A DNA stretch of 64,000 nucleotides, taken from NCBI RefSeq assembly GCF_003918875.1, contig NW_025767479.1, forward strand, positions 620,001 to 684,000, written 5' to 3'. Positions 63,715 through 64,000 of the stretch are shown here, piece after piece. Position 1 is the stretch's first letter; each line of letters opens with the position of its first letter. This DNA is from Haliotis rubra (taxonomy: Eukaryota). The notes below the pieces were generated by a model. The model was not told where the DNA came from. It ran no database searches and saw only the letters and a program-made list of their open reading frames with translations. Made by a program: the position numbers and the translations under genes.

Positions 63715-64000
63715 TGTCTTGAAGTGGGAGCAGGGTAAACGGGGTTTTAATTTCGCTTTCAAGATAATTATTGCTTATATAGCGACGTCCATGTCCATGT
63801 GTGTATAGTTCTTGTGCTCGTCAGGACCTAAACCCGGTTTTATTGCCTACTGAAAAGCCTTGCCCACACAAAGCGGGCAAATACAGAATAAACAATCTCC
63901 AAACCATCCAATCATTGTTTTGGTGCCAACCGCATAACAGCGGCCCCAGGCATGGGATTAACGATTAGTATGTTTTAGTGTCTTTTCGTATGACACCGCC

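Overview
This is animal genomic DNA with spliceosomal GT-AG introns, SINEs and microsatellites. The repeat families suggest a gastropod mollusc such as abalone, but that is an impression, not a search result. Two + strand protein genes are supported. The first is a two-exon divergent Snail/Scratch-superfamily C2H2 zinc-finger gene (CDS 3674-3737 + 6533-7668) behind a compact CRE/NRF1/ETS promoter. The second is the 5' half of junctophilin, with coding exons 11979-12363 and 60924-61725 joined by a 48,560-bp phase-1 intron; the gene continues past the window. The rest is non-coding and repeat-rich: a tRNA-Asp-headed SINE (family B), a non-tRNA short retroelement with the same 3' tail (family A), two other tRNA-headed SINEs, hAT/Tc1/Harbinger-like MITEs, decayed Tc1, Penelope and LINE relics, and four minisatellites. 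The strongest lead is the ~72-nt head of family A. It begins at the same nucleotide in TSD-delimited copies, has no Pol III boxes, and folds into a four-helix pseudoknot whose inner stems are partly preserved in a strongly diverged copy. It is a candidate undescribed structured RNA or ribozyme. Other leads are an inverted pair of Penelope-type hammerhead relics, a pre-miRNA-like hairpin, a dispersed 10-mer (GCAGACGACA, 7 exact copies), a cluster of CRE palindromes, and a stop-start uORF abutting the junctophilin ATG. There is no CRISPR array, rRNA or true tRNA gene. Nearly all other ORFs in the supplied track look spurious.
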